Assembly: GCA_036260395.1 (NCBI GenBank)
Contig: DASZZY010000011.1
Span: forward strand, 1 to 50,146
Direction: 5' to 3'
Length of the DNA stretch: 50,146 bases
Origin: Actinomycetota bacterium
GTDB lineage: Bacteria; Actinomycetota; UBA4738; CALAEC01
In this document: piece after piece, positions 8,475 to 18,942 of the stretch
Numbering within the stretch: the stretch's first letter is position 1
Layout of the letters: every line of letters starts with the position of its first letter
Position numbers and translations under genes: made by a program
The notes under the pieces: model-generated
Seen by the model: the letters and a program-made list of their open reading frames with translations, nothing else
Database searches by the model: none
Told to the model about the DNA's origin: nothing

Positions 8475-9571
8475 CGGGGGCGACGCAGGCGGCCGGGCCG
8501 GGGCCCGCGCCCCGGCGGGTCGCCGTGGAGCTCCGCGAGCTGCTCGACGAGCTGCCGCTCCTTCCGCGACAGGCGGTCGGGGACCGCCAGGTCCACCCGC
8601 ACGAGCAGGTTCCCCCGGCCCCGCCGCCCGAGGTTCCGGACGCCGCGTCCCCGGAGTGTCAACACCTGCCCGGCCCGGGTACCGGGCGGCACCGTGATCC
8701 GCTCGGGGCCGTCGAGCGTCTCGATCTCCACCTCGCCGCCGAGCATCGCCGTGGTCACCGGGAGCTCCAGGATCGTGACGAGGTCGGAGCCGCTGCGCTC
8801 GAACGCCGGATGCGGCGCGACCCGGAGCGTGAGGTACAGGTCGCCGGCGTAGCCGCCGTGGCGGCCGCCCTCGCCGCCGCCCTCGACGCGCAGCTCCATG
8901 CCGTCGGCCACGCCGGCCGGCACCTCCACGCCGACCGTCTGCCTGGCCGGCAGGCGTCCCTCGCCGCCGCACCGCGTGCAGGGAGAGGCGATCTCCTCGC
9001 CGGTCCCCTCGCACGTGGGGCAGGTCCGCGACGTCATCACGGTCCCGAACACGCTGCGGCGCACGTCGGAGAGCTCGCCGGAGCCGCCGCACGTCGCGCA
9101 CCGCGACGGCGCCGTCCCCGGCTCGGCGCCGTTCCCCTCGCAGCGCGGGCACCGCTCCAGGCTCTGGACGTCCACGTCCTTGCGCGCCCCGAAGGCCGCC
9201 TCCTCGAACGTCAGGTCGAGGACGACGTGGAGGTCGCCCCCGGGCCGGGCCCGGGTCCGCCGACGCGCCGTCCGGGTCCCGCGGGCGAACGGGGACCCGA
9301 AGAAGGCCTCGAAGATGTCGCCGATGTCCCCGAACCCGAACATCTCGGGGGTGAAGCCCGCGCCCCCGAACTGGTCGTACTGCCGGCGCCGGGCGGGGTC
9401 CGAGAGGGTCTGGTAGGCGAGGTTGATCTCCTTGAAGCGGTGCTCGGCCTGCGGATCGCGGTTGACGTCGGGGTGGTACTCGCGGGCCAGGCGACGGTAT
9501 GCCCGCTTGATGTCCTCGGCGCTCGCCTCGCGCGTGACGCCGAGCACCTCGTAGAGGTCGCGCTCAGCCAC
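8471..9571 (-). CDS. dnaJ: Molecular chaperone DnaJ
   Basis: 366 aa with a J-domain (YHPD) and four CxxCxGxG zinc-finger units (CPRCEGNG, CATCGGSG, CPTCEGTG, CTRCGGEG). Confidence 0.95.
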   Translation of the reverse strand: MAERDLYEVLGVTREASAEDIKRAYRRLAREYHPDVNRDPQAEHRFKEINLAYQTLSDPARRRQYDQFGGAGFTPEMFGFGDIGDIFEAFFGSPFARGTRTARRRTRARPGGDLHVVLDLTFEEAAFGARKDVDVQSLERCPRCEGNGAEPGTAPSRCATCGGSGELSDVRRSVFGTVMTSRTCPTCEGTGEEIASPCTRCGGEGRLPARQTVGVEVPAGVADGMELRVEGGGEGGRHGGYAGDLYLTLRVAPHPAFERSGSDLVTILELPVTTAMLGGEVEIETLDGPERITVPPGTRAGQVLTLRGRGVRNLGRRGRGNLLVRVDLAVPDRLSRKERQLVEQLAELHGDPPGRGPRPGRLRRPR

Positions 9572-9589
9572 GGCTCCGACTGTACCCGG

Positions 9590-10630
9590 CTACCCGGCCA
9601 GTGTCTCGATCAGGCCCGACAGCCGCCGCGACACCGCGCGGACGGCCGAGATCGAGGTGGTGTAGTGCATCCTGGTGGGGCCAATGACCGCGATGGCTCC
9701 CGCCGGGCGGTGGCCGGCGCGGTACGGCGCGACGACCACGCTGGCCTCCCGCATGGCGGCCACCGGGTTCTCCCGCCCGATCGTCACCGCGACCTCCTCC
9801 TCGCCGGCCAGGCCGCGCAGGAACCGCAGGACGGCGGCTTCCTCCTCGAGCGCCTCGAACAGCCGGCGGACGGTCTCCCGCCGCTCGAAGGCGTCCTCGC
9901 CGGCGATGTTCGCCACGCCGCCGATGAACGCGTGATCCGGTCCCCCGCTCCGCTCCAGGTCGGCGAACGCCTGGGCCACCGCCGCGAGGACGTCGCGGTC
10001 GTCCCCGGCGGCCGCGGCCGCGGCGCGGTCGATGCGCCGGCGCGCCTCGGCGTAGCTGCGCCCGGCCACGGATCGGCGAAGCGCCTCGGAGGTCCGCCGC
10101 AGCGCCGGCTCACTCACCCCGTCCGCGGCCTCGATCAGCCGCTTGTCCACCCGCCCGGTGTCGCCGACCACCACCAGGAGCGCCCCGCTGGCCAGCGGGA
10201 TCAGGTCGGCGTACGCCACCCGGCTCCGCTCGACGTCCGGGGCCAGCGCCACGGCCGCGTAGTGCGTGAGCTGCGACAGGAACGAGGCCGTCCGCCGGAG
10301 GACCTCCTCGACGTCCGGGGGGACCTCGCCGAAGAAGACGGCGATGGCCCGGCGCTGGGTGTCGCTGAGCGCCGCCCGGCGCGGGAGCGTGTCGACGTAG
10401 AACCGGTACCCGAGGTCGGTCGGGACGCGCCCCGCGGAGGTGTGGGGCTGGACCAGGTAGCCCAGCTCCTCGAGCGTCGCCATGTCGTTCCGGATCGTCG
10501 CGGGGCTGACCCCCAGGCGGTACCGGGTGGCCACCGTGCCGCTCCCCACCGGCTCCGCCGTGCGGATGTAGTCGCCGACGACCGCCCGGAGGACCCGGGC
10601 CTTGCGCGCTCCCATCGGCGTGGTGGCCAT
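9590..10630 (-). CDS. hrcA: Heat-inducible transcription repressor HrcA
   Basis: The winged-helix N-terminus is RKARVLRAVVGDYIRTAEPVGSGTV. A CIRCE element lies just upstream. I set the start at ATG 10630 (MATTPMG); ATG 10615 is an alternative. Confidence 0.9.
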   Translation of the reverse strand: MATTPMGARKARVLRAVVGDYIRTAEPVGSGTVATRYRLGVSPATIRNDMATLEELGYLVQPHTSAGRVPTDLGYRFYVDTLPRRAALSDTQRRAIAVFFGEVPPDVEEVLRRTASFLSQLTHYAAVALAPDVERSRVAYADLIPLASGALLVVVGDTGRVDKRLIEAADGVSEPALRRTSEALRRSVAGRSYAEARRRIDRAAAAAAGDDRDVLAAVAQAFADLERSGGPDHAFIGGVANIAGEDAFERRETVRRLFEALEEEAAVLRFLRGLAGEEEVAVTIGRENPVAAMREASVVVAPYRAGHRPAGAIAVIGPTRMHYTTSISAVRAVSRRLSGLIETLAG

Positions 10631-10641
10631 CGGGACAATTG

Positions 10642-10668
10642 TTAGCACTCTCGATCCGCGAGTGCTAG
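10642..10668 (-). promoter_or_regulatory. CIRCE operator (HrcA binding site)
   Basis: On the minus strand it reads CTAGCACTC-GCGGATCGA-GAGTGCTAA. This is a 9-nt inverted repeat with a 9-nt spacer, one mismatch from the consensus TTAGCACTC-N9-GAGTGCTAA. It ends 11 nt upstream of the hrcA ATG. Confidence 0.9.
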
Positions 10669-10681
10669 CAGGTTCCGCCGT

Positions 10682-11782
10682 TCAGCCCGACAAGGCGAGC
10701 ACGACGTCGTTCGCCAGGAGCATCCCTCGCTCGGTGAGCGCCAGGCGGTCCCCCGAGCGCCGCGCCAGCCCCCGGGCCACCACGTCGGCCGCGGCGGCGG
10801 GCTCGACCCAGGCGGCGGGCACCCCGCCGGCGTGCCGGAGCCCCAGGAACAGGCGCTCGAGCCGCCGGGCCTCCTCCTCGGGCTCCTCGCGCCCCCCGAT
10901 CGGAAGCCGGCCGGCCAGGGCCTCCTCGATGTACCGCCCGGGCGGGCGGACGTTCCACCACCGCCTGCCGTCCCTGGCGGAATGCGCGCCCGCGCCGAGC
11001 CCGAGGTACGGCCGGCCCTCCCAGTACCCGAGGTTGTGCAGGCATTCCCGCCTCGGCCGGGCCCAGTTCGAGATCTCGTAGTGCGCGTAGCCCGCGGCGG
11101 CCAGCGTCCGACAGGCGTGCTCGAACATCGCGGCCTGGAGGTCGGGATCCGGCGGCGGCACATCCCCAGCGAGGACCGCCCGGCCCAGCGGCGTCCCCGA
11201 CTCGACCGTGAGCGCGTAGCACGAAAGGTGCTCGGGGCCCATAGCCACCGCCTCGTCGAGCGTCCGGCGCCAGGAAGCGGGCGTTTCGCCGTGCGCGCCG
11301 TAGATGAGGTCGAGGTTGACGTCGTCGAACCCCGCCGCCCTGGCGTCCCGGTAGGCCCGCCGCGCCGAGGCCGGCGGATGCGCCCGGTCCAGGGCCCGGA
11401 GGACGGCGGGGTCGAACGACTGCACGCCAAGCGAGAGCCGGTTGACCCCGGCGTCGCGCAGGGCCGCCAGCGAGCGGGGATCGACGGTGTCGGGGTTGGC
11501 CTCCACGGTGACCTCCGCGTCGGGAGCCACCTCGAACCGGGACTGGAGCGCCGCCAGGACGGCTCCCAGCGCCGCGGGGCCCAGCGTGGTCGGGGTGCCC
11601 CCACCGACGAAGATCGACGCGAACCGCACGCCCGCCCAGGACGGCGCGGCCAGCTCGGCCTCGCGGACGAGCGCCTCGACGTACCGGTCCGCGAGATGGA
11701 GGAGCCCGGCGTGGGCGTTGAAGTCGCAGTACCCGCACCGCGTGAGGCAGAACGGCACGTGCACGTACAGGCCGGCTTTCAC
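10682..11782 (-). CDS. hemW: Radical SAM heme chaperone HemW (HemN-like, oxygen-independent coproporphyrinogen oxidase family)
   Basis: This is the tail of ORF 10682..13594. It begins [21 protein letters not shown] (CxxxCxxC). GTG 11782 forms a GTGA overlap with the lepA stop. Confidence 0.88.
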   Translation of the reverse strand: MKAGLYVHVPFCLTRCGYCDFNAHAGLLHLADRYVEALVREAELAAPSWAGVRFASIFVGGGTPTTLGPAALGAVLAALQSRFEVAPDAEVTVEANPDTVDPRSLAALRDAGVNRLSLGVQSFDPAVLRALDRAHPPASARRAYRDARAAGFDDVNLDLIYGAHGETPASWRRTLDEAVAMGPEHLSCYALTVESGTPLGRAVLAGDVPPPDPDLQAAMFEHACRTLAAAGYAHYEISNWARPRRECLHNLGYWEGRPYLGLGAGAHSARDGRRWWNVRPPGRYIEEALAGRLPIGGREEPEEEARRLERLFLGLRHAGGVPAAWVEPAAAADVVARGLARRSGDRLALTERGMLLANDVVLALSG

Positions 11783-13590
11783 CTGGCTCCCCCGCTCCGG
11801 TCCACCCGGAGCGCGGCGATGAACGCCTCCTGGGGGACGTCGACCCGCCCCACCCGGCGCATCTTCCGCTTCCCGGCCTTCTGCTTCTCGAGGAGCTTGC
11901 GCTTGCGGGTCACGTCGCCGCCGTAGCACTTGGCCAGGACGTCCTTCCGCTTGGCCTTCACCGTCTCCCGGGCCACGATCCGGCTGCCGATGGCGGCCTG
12001 GATGGCCACGTCGAACATCTGCCGGGGGATCAGCTCGCGCAGGCGCTCCACCATCCGCCGGCCCCAGACCGGCGCCTGCTCGCGGTGGACGACGGCGGAG
12101 AAGGCGTCCACGGGCTCGCCGTGGAGGAGGAGGTCCACGCGGACCAGGTCGGCCTCCTGGTACCCCCAGTGCTCGTAGTCGAGCGAGGCGTACCCGCGGG
12201 TCCGGGACTTCAGCTGGTCGAAGAAGTCGAAGATGATCTCGGCCAGCGGCAGCAGGTACCGGACCTCGACGCGCTCCGGCGCCAGGTACCGCATCTCCTC
12301 CAGCGAGCCCCGCCGCGACTGGCACAGCTCCATGACCGGGCCCAGGTGCTCGGCGGGCGTGATGACGGTGGCCAGCACCACCGGCTCGTCGACGCGGTCG
12401 TAGGTCCCGGGCGAGGGCATCTCCGAGGGGTTGTGGACCTCCACCACCTCGTCGCCCCGTCGAAGGCGGAGCTCGACGTTGGGGGCCGTGGCGATCAGCG
12501 ACAGGTCGAACTCCCGCTCCAGCCGCTCGCGGACGATGTCCATGTGCAGGAGCCCCAGGAAGCCGCACCGGAAGCCGAACCCGAGCGCGCGCGAGGACTC
12601 CGGCTCGTACACCAGCGCGGCGTCGGACAGGCGCAGCCGATCGAGCGCGGCGCGCAGCGCCGGGTAGTCGCCCCCCTCGGTGGGGTACAGGCCGCTCCAT
12701 ACCATCGGCTTCGGCTCGCGGTACCCCGGCAGCGGCTCGGACGCCGGGCGGTCGGCGGAGGTCACGGTGTCGCCCACCTTGGCTCGCCGGACGTCCTTCT
12801 CCCCGACCACCAGGTAGCCGACCTCGCCCGCGGCGATGGACGGCACCGCGACCGGGTCCGGGGCGAACGCGCCGACCTCCTCGGCCTCGGACTCCGTGGC
12901 GGCGGCCATCATCCGGATCCGCGCCCGCGACCGGAGCTCGCCGTCGACCATGCGGACGTACGCCACCACGCCGCGGTAGGCGTCGTAGGCCGAGTCGAAC
13001 ACCAGCGCCCGGGCGGGGGCCGCCCGGTCGCCGCTGGGCGCGGGGACCCGGTCGATGACGGCGTCGAGGAGCGCCTCGACGCCCTCGCCGGTCTTGGCCG
13101 AGACCCGGAGGACGTCCTCCTCCGGCGTCCCCGTCAGCTCGGCCAGCTCCCGGACCGCCTCGGGCACGTCCGCGGCCGGGAGGTCGATCTTGTTGACGGC
13201 CGGGACCACGACCAGCCCCGCCTCCCGGGCCAGGTGGTGGTTCGCCAGCGTCTGGGCCTCGATGCCCTGGGCGGCGTCCACCAGCAGCACGGCACCCTCG
13301 CACGCCGCCAGCGCCCGGGAGACCTCGTAGGTGAAGTCGACGTGGCCCGGCGTGTCGATCAGGTTGAGGACGTGGTCGGCGCCGTCGCGCCGGTACCGCA
13401 GCCGCACGGCCTGGGCCTTGATCGTGATGCCGCGCTCGCGCTCGAGCTCCATCCGGTCGAGGAACTGCTCGCGCATCTGCCGCTCGGGGACGGCGTGGGT
13501 GAGGTCGAGGAAGCGGTCGGCCAGCGTGGACTTGCCGTGGTCGATGTGGCTCACGATGGCGAAGTTGCGGATCCGCGAGGGGTGCGTCAC
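11779..13590 (-). CDS. lepA: Elongation factor 4 (LepA)
   Basis: 603 aa with [29 protein letters not shown] and the characteristic LepA C-terminal domain. Confidence 0.96.
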   Translation of the reverse strand: MTHPSRIRNFAIVSHIDHGKSTLADRFLDLTHAVPERQMREQFLDRMELERERGITIKAQAVRLRYRRDGADHVLNLIDTPGHVDFTYEVSRALAACEGAVLLVDAAQGIEAQTLANHHLAREAGLVVVPAVNKIDLPAADVPEAVRELAELTGTPEEDVLRVSAKTGEGVEALLDAVIDRVPAPSGDRAAPARALVFDSAYDAYRGVVAYVRMVDGELRSRARIRMMAAATESEAEEVGAFAPDPVAVPSIAAGEVGYLVVGEKDVRRAKVGDTVTSADRPASEPLPGYREPKPMVWSGLYPTEGGDYPALRAALDRLRLSDAALVYEPESSRALGFGFRCGFLGLLHMDIVRERLEREFDLSLIATAPNVELRLRRGDEVVEVHNPSEMPSPGTYDRVDEPVVLATVITPAEHLGPVMELCQSRRGSLEEMRYLAPERVEVRYLLPLAEIIFDFFDQLKSRTRGYASLDYEHWGYQEADLVRVDLLLHGEPVDAFSAVVHREQAPVWGRRMVERLRELIPRQMFDVAIQAAIGSRIVARETVKAKRKDVLAKCYGGDVTRKRKLLEKQKAGKRKMRRVGRVDVPQEAFIAALRVDRSGGAR

Positions 13591-13628
13591 TCACCCATGG
13601 TAGCCGGGGGGCCGCCGGGGCCGACTGC

Positions 13629-13634
13629 TACAAT
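13629..13634 (+). promoter_or_regulatory. Candidate -10 box (TACAAT) for a leaderless rpsT transcript
   Basis: TACAAT ends 7 nt before GTG 13642. That GTG gives the canonical S20 N-terminus (V)ANIKSQIKR. Confidence 0.35.
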
Positions 13635-13902
13635 GCCCGCCGTGGCCAACATCAAGTCCCAGATCAAGCGGAACCGCCAGAACGAGCGGCGGCGCGAGCG
13701 CAACGTCGCCGTGCGGAGCCGGCTGAAGACCGAGGCCAAGAAGGTCGCCCGGGCCGCCGAGGCCGGCGACAGCGAGGCCGCCGCGACCCAGGCCCGGCTC
13801 ACCGCGCGCCTCCTCGACAAGGCGGCCTCAAAGGGCGTCATTCACCGCAACACCGCCGCCCGCCGGAAGGCCGGCCTGGCCCGGCGGGCCCAGGGCTCCT
13901 AG
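13633..13902 (+). CDS. rpsT: 30S ribosomal protein S20
   Basis: The sequence is [24 protein letters not shown]...; it is basic and about 89 aa. The alternative, likely leaderless, start is GTG 13642. Confidence 0.93.
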   Translation: MPAVANIKSQIKRNRQNERRRERNVAVRSRLKTEAKKVARAAEAGDSEAAATQARLTARLLDKAASKGVIHRNTAARRKAGLARRAQGS

Positions 13903-13915
13903 CCCCTCTCCCCTC

Positions 13916-14881
13916 TCACGTCGCTCCGGTCGGCGCCGTCGCCGGTTCGGCCCGCCGCCCCGGCAGCCACGACGTGGCCCACGCCCATCGGGGCGACGAC
14001 CCGTAGACCAGCAGGGCGAGCATGGCCCCGTAGATCGGGAGGTGCCCCAGCAGCTCGGGGACGCCGAGGAAGAACAGCGTGGCGTTGAACGGGATCCCCG
14101 CCGCGATGACCGCGAGCTGCGGGAGGGCCCCGGAGATGAGGAGCAGCCCGAACAGCAGCTCGATCGCCCCGGCGATGCGGACGAACTCCACGTCGGAGAG
14201 GGGGATGCCGACGGCTCGCATGATGTTGAACGCCGGGAACTTCTCGAGGAAGGCGAGCGCCAGATCCGGGCGGGCGAGCTTCTCGGTGAAGGCCAGCAGG
14301 ACCAGCGACCCGCCCACCAGCAGGCGCAGCAGCAGCAGCGCCGGGGCCAGCCGATCCGCCGGCGCCTGCACGGCGCCACCGGGATTCTCCTCCGGCGGGA
14401 CGATGGCCAGGAACAGCGCGATCCCCAGGAGGTCCATCCGCTCGAGGATGGGCAGGACGCCGTAGGCGGGCATGCCCAGCGGGCCCGCGGCCACCAGGAG
14501 CGCGGCGCCGGCCCGGATCCGGAACCCGGTGATCAGCCACACGCCCACGAGCCCCTCGGCCACGGCCAGCGCGGTGCCCGCCGGCCCCGGCGGAAGCTCG
14601 AGCGCCGGGGCCAGGTACGTCCCCCGGGCGGCCTGGGCCAGCAGCGACACGCCGGCGTGGATCGCCAGGATCCGAGGCACCCAGGGCGAGAGGCGCCCGA
14701 GCGGGCGGAGGAACGGCAGCTCCGGCGAGCGGAACAGGCGGGCGGCCAGCCGCCACAGCACCGCGACCGCCACGGCGGCCGCCACGAGGGCGGCCGACGG
14801 CCACGCCAGCGCGAACCCCCAGTCGAACGGAGGCCGGGCATCGGTGAACCACGTCTCGTGCGCGACCACGCCGAGGTCCAC
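13916..14881 (-). CDS. Multi-pass integral membrane protein of unknown function
   Basis: 321 aa with a GTG start and roughly 8 hydrophobic segments by eye. GC3 is high. I recognise no motif. Confidence 0.6.
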   Translation of the reverse strand: MDLGVVAHETWFTDARPPFDWGFALAWPSAALVAAAVAVAVLWRLAARLFRSPELPFLRPLGRLSPWVPRILAIHAGVSLLAQAARGTYLAPALELPPGPAGTALAVAEGLVGVWLITGFRIRAGAALLVAAGPLGMPAYGVLPILERMDLLGIALFLAIVPPEENPGGAVQAPADRLAPALLLLRLLVGGSLVLLAFTEKLARPDLALAFLEKFPAFNIMRAVGIPLSDVEFVRIAGAIELLFGLLLISGALPQLAVIAAGIPFNATLFFLGVPELLGHLPIYGAMLALLVYGSSPRWAWATSWLPGRRAEPATAPTGAT

Positions 14882-14963
14882 GCCCCCATTGTCCTCGAGG
14901 GAGTGAGGAACGACCCGGCGGGTGCGGGTCGGGACGGGTTCGCGGCCGGGAGGCCGGCGCGCT

Positions 14964-15929
14964 CTAGCGGACGGGCTGGGCGGCGCGGGGCCCGCCCGCC
15001 GCGATGCGGCTCACCAACCGGGCCAGCACCACGTCGCCCGCCCCGCCGAGCTTCAACAGCTGATCCGCCTCCGCCACCGCGGCGTGCAGCGAGACGAGCT
15101 CGTCGCCGGGGAACCGCCCCGCCTGGTCGCGGAACCGCCGAGCCTGCCAATCGAAGCGGAGCCCGGCGCCCCTGGCGACCTCGGGCAGCGGCGTGCCCGG
15201 GGGGAAGGCGGCGACCCGGATCAGCTCGCGCAGCCGGGCCGCGATGCCTCCCAAGATGGCCAGCGGCTCCTCGCGGGCCTCCAGCATCCCGGCCAGGGCC
15301 CGGACGGCCGCCCGCAGGTCGCCCCCGAAGGCCGCGTCGCACACCTCCCAGACGCGCCGGTCGCCGAACCCCCGGAACTGCGCGGCGACCGTGTCGGGGG
15401 TGAGCCCCTCCGCGGGATGGGCCGCCGCCACTTGGGCCACGGCCTGCTCCAGGACCCCGGGGTCCTCGCCCACGGTGGCGACCAGGGCGCTGGCCCCGGC
15501 CGGGGTGGCCGCGATGCCGTGTCGCCGCGCCCGTTCCCGGACCCACGCCGGGAGGTCGCGCCGCTCGACGGCGACCCGGTGGACCTTCGCCGACGGCCCG
15601 GCCGCCTGCGACAGCCGCTTGGCGGGACCCCTGGCCCGCGGGCCGACCACGGCGGCCAGCACGAGGCGCGCGTCGGGGTCGGGGTCGGCGGCATACGCGG
15701 CGACCTCGGACAGGGCCTCCTCCGGCAGGCGCTCCGCCCCCGTCACGAGCAGGCCGCGCGCCTCCGCCAGGAGCGAGGGGGTGGCCAGGTCGGCGAGCGC
15801 GCCAGGACGCCACTCGACGGCGTCGATCTCGGTGGGACGCGCGTCGCCGAACGAGGCCCGCGCCGCCTCGTGGACGAGGAAGTCGCTCTCCCCCCACAGG
15901 AGGAGCACGGGAGCCGGTGCGGCGGTCAC
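14964..15929 (-). CDS. holA: DNA polymerase III subunit delta
   Basis: This is the tail of ORF 14964..18320 (VTAAPAPVLLLWGESDFLV...). GTG 15929 forms a GTGA overlap with the comEC stop. The comEC-holA / rpsT synteny is conserved. Confidence 0.8.
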   Translation of the reverse strand: MTAAPAPVLLLWGESDFLVHEAARASFGDARPTEIDAVEWRPGALADLATPSLLAEARGLLVTGAERLPEEALSEVAAYAADPDPDARLVLAAVVGPRARGPAKRLSQAAGPSAKVHRVAVERRDLPAWVRERARRHGIAATPAGASALVATVGEDPGVLEQAVAQVAAAHPAEGLTPDTVAAQFRGFGDRRVWEVCDAAFGGDLRAAVRALAGMLEAREEPLAILGGIAARLRELIRVAAFPPGTPLPEVARGAGLRFDWQARRFRDQAGRFPGDELVSLHAAVAEADQLLKLGGAGDVVLARLVSRIAAGGPRAAQPVR

Positions 15930-18328
15930 GCTGCGGCGGATTCTACGAGAACGCCCCGCCCCGAGACCCGGAGCGTGACGTCTCCCTCGAGGTCGGTCCG
16001 GAGCACCGCCATCCCGGCCGAGCGGAGGCTGGCCAGCACCGAGGGGACCGGGTGGCCGTAGTCGTTGTCGCCGACGCTGACGACACCCATCGACGCCCGG
16101 GCGGCCTCGAAGAAGGCCGGGAGCGAGGTGTCCCCGCCGTGGTGCGGCACCTTGAGGACGTCCGCCGCCACCGCGTCGCCATCGTCCAGGAGGTCCTGCT
16201 GCGCGGCGACCTCGGCGTCCCCCGGGAACAGCACGGACCCGCCGCCGACCGCGATGCGCAGGACCAGCGAGTCGTCGTTCGGCCCCTCGGCGTGCGCGCA
16301 GCGGTCGGGGCCGAGGACGTCCACGACGAGGTCCCCCACGACGAATCGATCGCCGCCCCGCGGATGCCGGACCGTCACGCCCTCGTCGTCCAGCGCCGCC
16401 AGCAGCCGCCGGTAGGAGGGCGACTCCGCCGGGCAGCCGGGGTCGAGGAACACCGAGACCGGGAACCGGGCCAGGACCGCCGGGAACCCCTCGACGTGAT
16501 CGGCGTGGGCGTGGGAGGCCGCGGCCAGGTCGAGCCGGCGGACGCCCAGCCGGGCCAGGTCGAGGGCCACCTCGTCCTCCTCCGGTCCGGCGTCGATCAA
16601 CACGGTGGCGCCGCCGGGCGACCGGATCACGGCGGCGTCGCCCTGGCCCACGTCGAGGAACGTCACGGTGAGGCCGTGCCCCCCGATCGGTCCGGCCGAC
16701 GGCGCGAACCCCAGGGCGGCGACCGCGATCGCCACCGCGGCCAATCCCACCGGCCGCCGGCCCCGGCGCACGCGCCAGGCGCAGAGGGCGGCGAGCGCGG
16801 CCGCCGCGAGCGGCAGGGCCGGGGCCGTGCCGACCACCGCGGGGAGCGGGAACCGGGCCAGGCGGTCGGCCACCACGGCCAGGTACTCGAGGGGCAGCGT
16901 GGCCAGGTGGCCCAGCGGCCGGCCCGCCCCAGGCCAGGCCATCTGCGCCCCGGCCGCCGCCAGGCCGCCGAAGAGCGCCGGCGCAACCGCGGGCGCGGCC
17001 AGCAGGTTCGCCAGGACCGTCACCGTGGGGACCACGCCGAAGTGCAGCAGGAGCAGCGGGGACACGGCGATCTGGGCGCTGAGCGTGGCGGCGGCAGCCA
17101 GCGCCAGCGGCCTCGGGAGCCACCGGAGGCGCGCGGCCAGCGGTCCCGCCATCGCCGCGAGGCCCGCGGTGGCCGCCACCGACAGCTGGAACCCAAGCGA
17201 GGCGGCCAGCCCCGGGTCGGCGGCCAGGAGCACCAGGACGGCCGCGCCCAGCGCCCCGGCCGTGCTTCGCGGCCGCCCCGCCCACAGCGCCGCCAGCCCG
17301 AGGCCCGCCATGGCCCCCGCCCGGAGGACGGATGGCTCCCACCGGGTGACGAGGACGAAGAACGCCACGGCGACCGCACCGGCCACGAGGCGAAGCGGCC
17401 GCGGCAGCCGCAGCGCCGCGGCCAGCGACAGGACCGGCGCCAGGAACAGCGCGACGTTCGATCCGGAGACCGCCAAGAGGTGGCCGAGGCCGGTCGCCCG
17501 GAAGTCCTCCTCGACTTCCCGGTGCATCCGCTCCGTGTCCCCGATGCTGAGGCCCAGGAGCAGGGCGGCCTCCCGGCCGGGCAGGACGGCGAACGCGGCC
17601 CGGCGGAAGGCGGCCCGCGCCCCGTTCGCCGCGCGCATGGGCATGGAGCGAGGTGGTCCCAGGACCTCGACCCGGCTCACCGAGACGATCCCCACGAGCC
17701 CTCGGGAGGCCAGGTACCGCCCGAACCCCGCCTGGTCCCGGAGCGACTCGATCCGGCCCGACCCCGCCACCGGGACGCCGGCCTCCACCCGCGGCGCCGG
17801 GTACCCGCCGCTCAGCCACACGCGGAGCGAGGCCGCTCGGGCGCCGCCCTCGTCCGCCACCCGCTCGACCGTGGCCTCCAGGCCCCAGCCGAACTCGTAC
17901 CGCCGGAGGTCCCCGGCCGCCGTGGCCCGGAACTCGACATGCCGGCCGTCCAGCGCGCCGAGCGAGGGCGCGGTGGCGCGACGCACCATCTGCCATCCCC
18001 CGCCGAGCAGCAGGAACCCGCAGACCAGGGCCACGGCCCTCCATCGACGGGACGGGTCGGGAGGCCCGCGGGGGCCGGTCGGGAGGCCGGCCGCGGCGAG
18101 GATCCGCTCCCGCTCGCCGGCGGGCTCCACACGGCCCACCAGGCCGGCCGCAGCCAGGAGCAGGGAGGACGACGCTTCGCGTCGGGCCCCGGAAGCCAGC
18201 CGCACCACGAGCAGCGTCGCGCCCAGGAGCAGGGCCATCGCGCCCAGGCGGGGCGCGACGCGGTCGCCCGCCGCAAGCACCCCCAACCCGAACGCCGCGG
18301 CGGCGGCCGGAAGGGCCCACCCCGACAT
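15926..18328 (-). CDS. comEC: DNA internalization-related competence protein ComEC/Rec2 (DUF4131 + competence + metallo-beta-lactamase domains)
   Basis: It has a polytopic membrane core (LLAVSGSNVALF) and a C-terminal MBL motif (SHAHADHVEG ... VPHHG). ATG 18328 shares one base with the comEA stop. Confidence 0.9.
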   Translation of the reverse strand: MSGWALPAAAAAFGLGVLAAGDRVAPRLGAMALLLGATLLVVRLASGARREASSSLLLAAAGLVGRVEPAGERERILAAAGLPTGPRGPPDPSRRWRAVALVCGFLLLGGGWQMVRRATAPSLGALDGRHVEFRATAAGDLRRYEFGWGLEATVERVADEGGARAASLRVWLSGGYPAPRVEAGVPVAGSGRIESLRDQAGFGRYLASRGLVGIVSVSRVEVLGPPRSMPMRAANGARAAFRRAAFAVLPGREAALLLGLSIGDTERMHREVEEDFRATGLGHLLAVSGSNVALFLAPVLSLAAALRLPRPLRLVAGAVAVAFFVLVTRWEPSVLRAGAMAGLGLAALWAGRPRSTAGALGAAVLVLLAADPGLAASLGFQLSVAATAGLAAMAGPLAARLRWLPRPLALAAAATLSAQIAVSPLLLLHFGVVPTVTVLANLLAAPAVAPALFGGLAAAGAQMAWPGAGRPLGHLATLPLEYLAVVADRLARFPLPAVVGTAPALPLAAAALAALCAWRVRRGRRPVGLAAVAIAVAALGFAPSAGPIGGHGLTVTFLDVGQGDAAVIRSPGGATVLIDAGPEEDEVALDLARLGVRRLDLAAASHAHADHVEGFPAVLARFPVSVFLDPGCPAESPSYRRLLAALDDEGVTVRHPRGGDRFVVGDLVVDVLGPDRCAHAEGPNDDSLVLRIAVGGGSVLFPGDAEVAAQQDLLDDGDAVAADVLKVPHHGGDTSLPAFFEAARASMGVVSVGDNDYGHPVPSVLASLRSAGMAVLRTDLEGDVTLRVSGRGVLVESAAA

Positions 18329-18942
18329 CACACCGTCACCAGGTCCCGGATCTCCTCGAGCGTCACGGGGCCGATGCCGCTGACGTCCTCCAGCTGGTCG
18401 ACCGACGTGAACGGCCCGTGCTCCTCCCGGTACGCGACGATGGCCTCGGCGAGCACGGGGCCGATGCCCGGGAGCTCCTCGAGCTCCGTGGCGGTCGCGG
18501 TGTTGACGTTGACGAGGCCGCCGGCCGCCGCGCCGGGAGCCGTGGGAACCGCGCCCGCCGCGCCGGACGTCCCCGCCTCCGCTCGCCGTGGCACGATCAC
18601 CTGCTGCCCGTCCGTCAGCACGGCGGCGAGGTTCAGCGCGCTCAGCTCGGCGCCCCGCTTCGGCCCCCCGGCCAGCTCGAGCGCGTCGATGACCCGGGAC
18701 CCCTCCGGCAGCTCGTAGACGCCCGGCTGGCGGACCCACCCCGCCACGTGGACGAACACCGAGGTCGCGCTCGCCGTGGGCGCCGGGAGCGGGCGCCGCT
18801 CCGCGCGGACCTCCACCGGCTGCGGAAGCGAGCGCACGTACCAGAGCCCCGCGCCGGCGAGCGCGCCGCCCGCGATGACCGCGACCAGCGCCATCTCCCG
18901 CCGGGTGAGCCCCGCGAGCCACTCTCGGAAGCCGCCGTCCAT
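18328..18942 (-). CDS. comEA: ComEA-family DNA-binding protein (SLBB + helix-hairpin-helix)
   Basis: 204 aa with an N-terminal transmembrane anchor, VHVAGWVRQPGVYELPEGSRV (SLBB) and a C-terminal HhH region (VNVNTATATELEELPGIGPVLAEAIVAYR). Confidence 0.9.
   Translation of the reverse strand: MDGGFREWLAGLTRREMALVAVIAGGALAGAGLWYVRSLPQPVEVRAERRPLPAPTASATSVFVHVAGWVRQPGVYELPEGSRVIDALELAGGPKRGAELSALNLAAVLTDGQQVIVPRRAEAGTSGAAGAVPTAPGAAAGGLVNVNTATATELEELPGIGPVLAEAIVAYREEHGPFTSVDQLEDVSGIGPVTLEEIRDLVTV

Noticed and set aside
10682-13594. A 970-aa ORF suggesting one giant protein. The same applies to 7740..9152, 14964..18320, 15926..19039, 21659..24472 and 39673..41757.
   Set aside because: Only the C-terminal parts are homologous (hemW, rsmE, holA, comEC, leuS, E1 beta). 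The N-terminal extensions overlap the upstream gene in another frame. Starts were reset to codons forming GTGA/ATGA overlaps or matching conserved N-termini.
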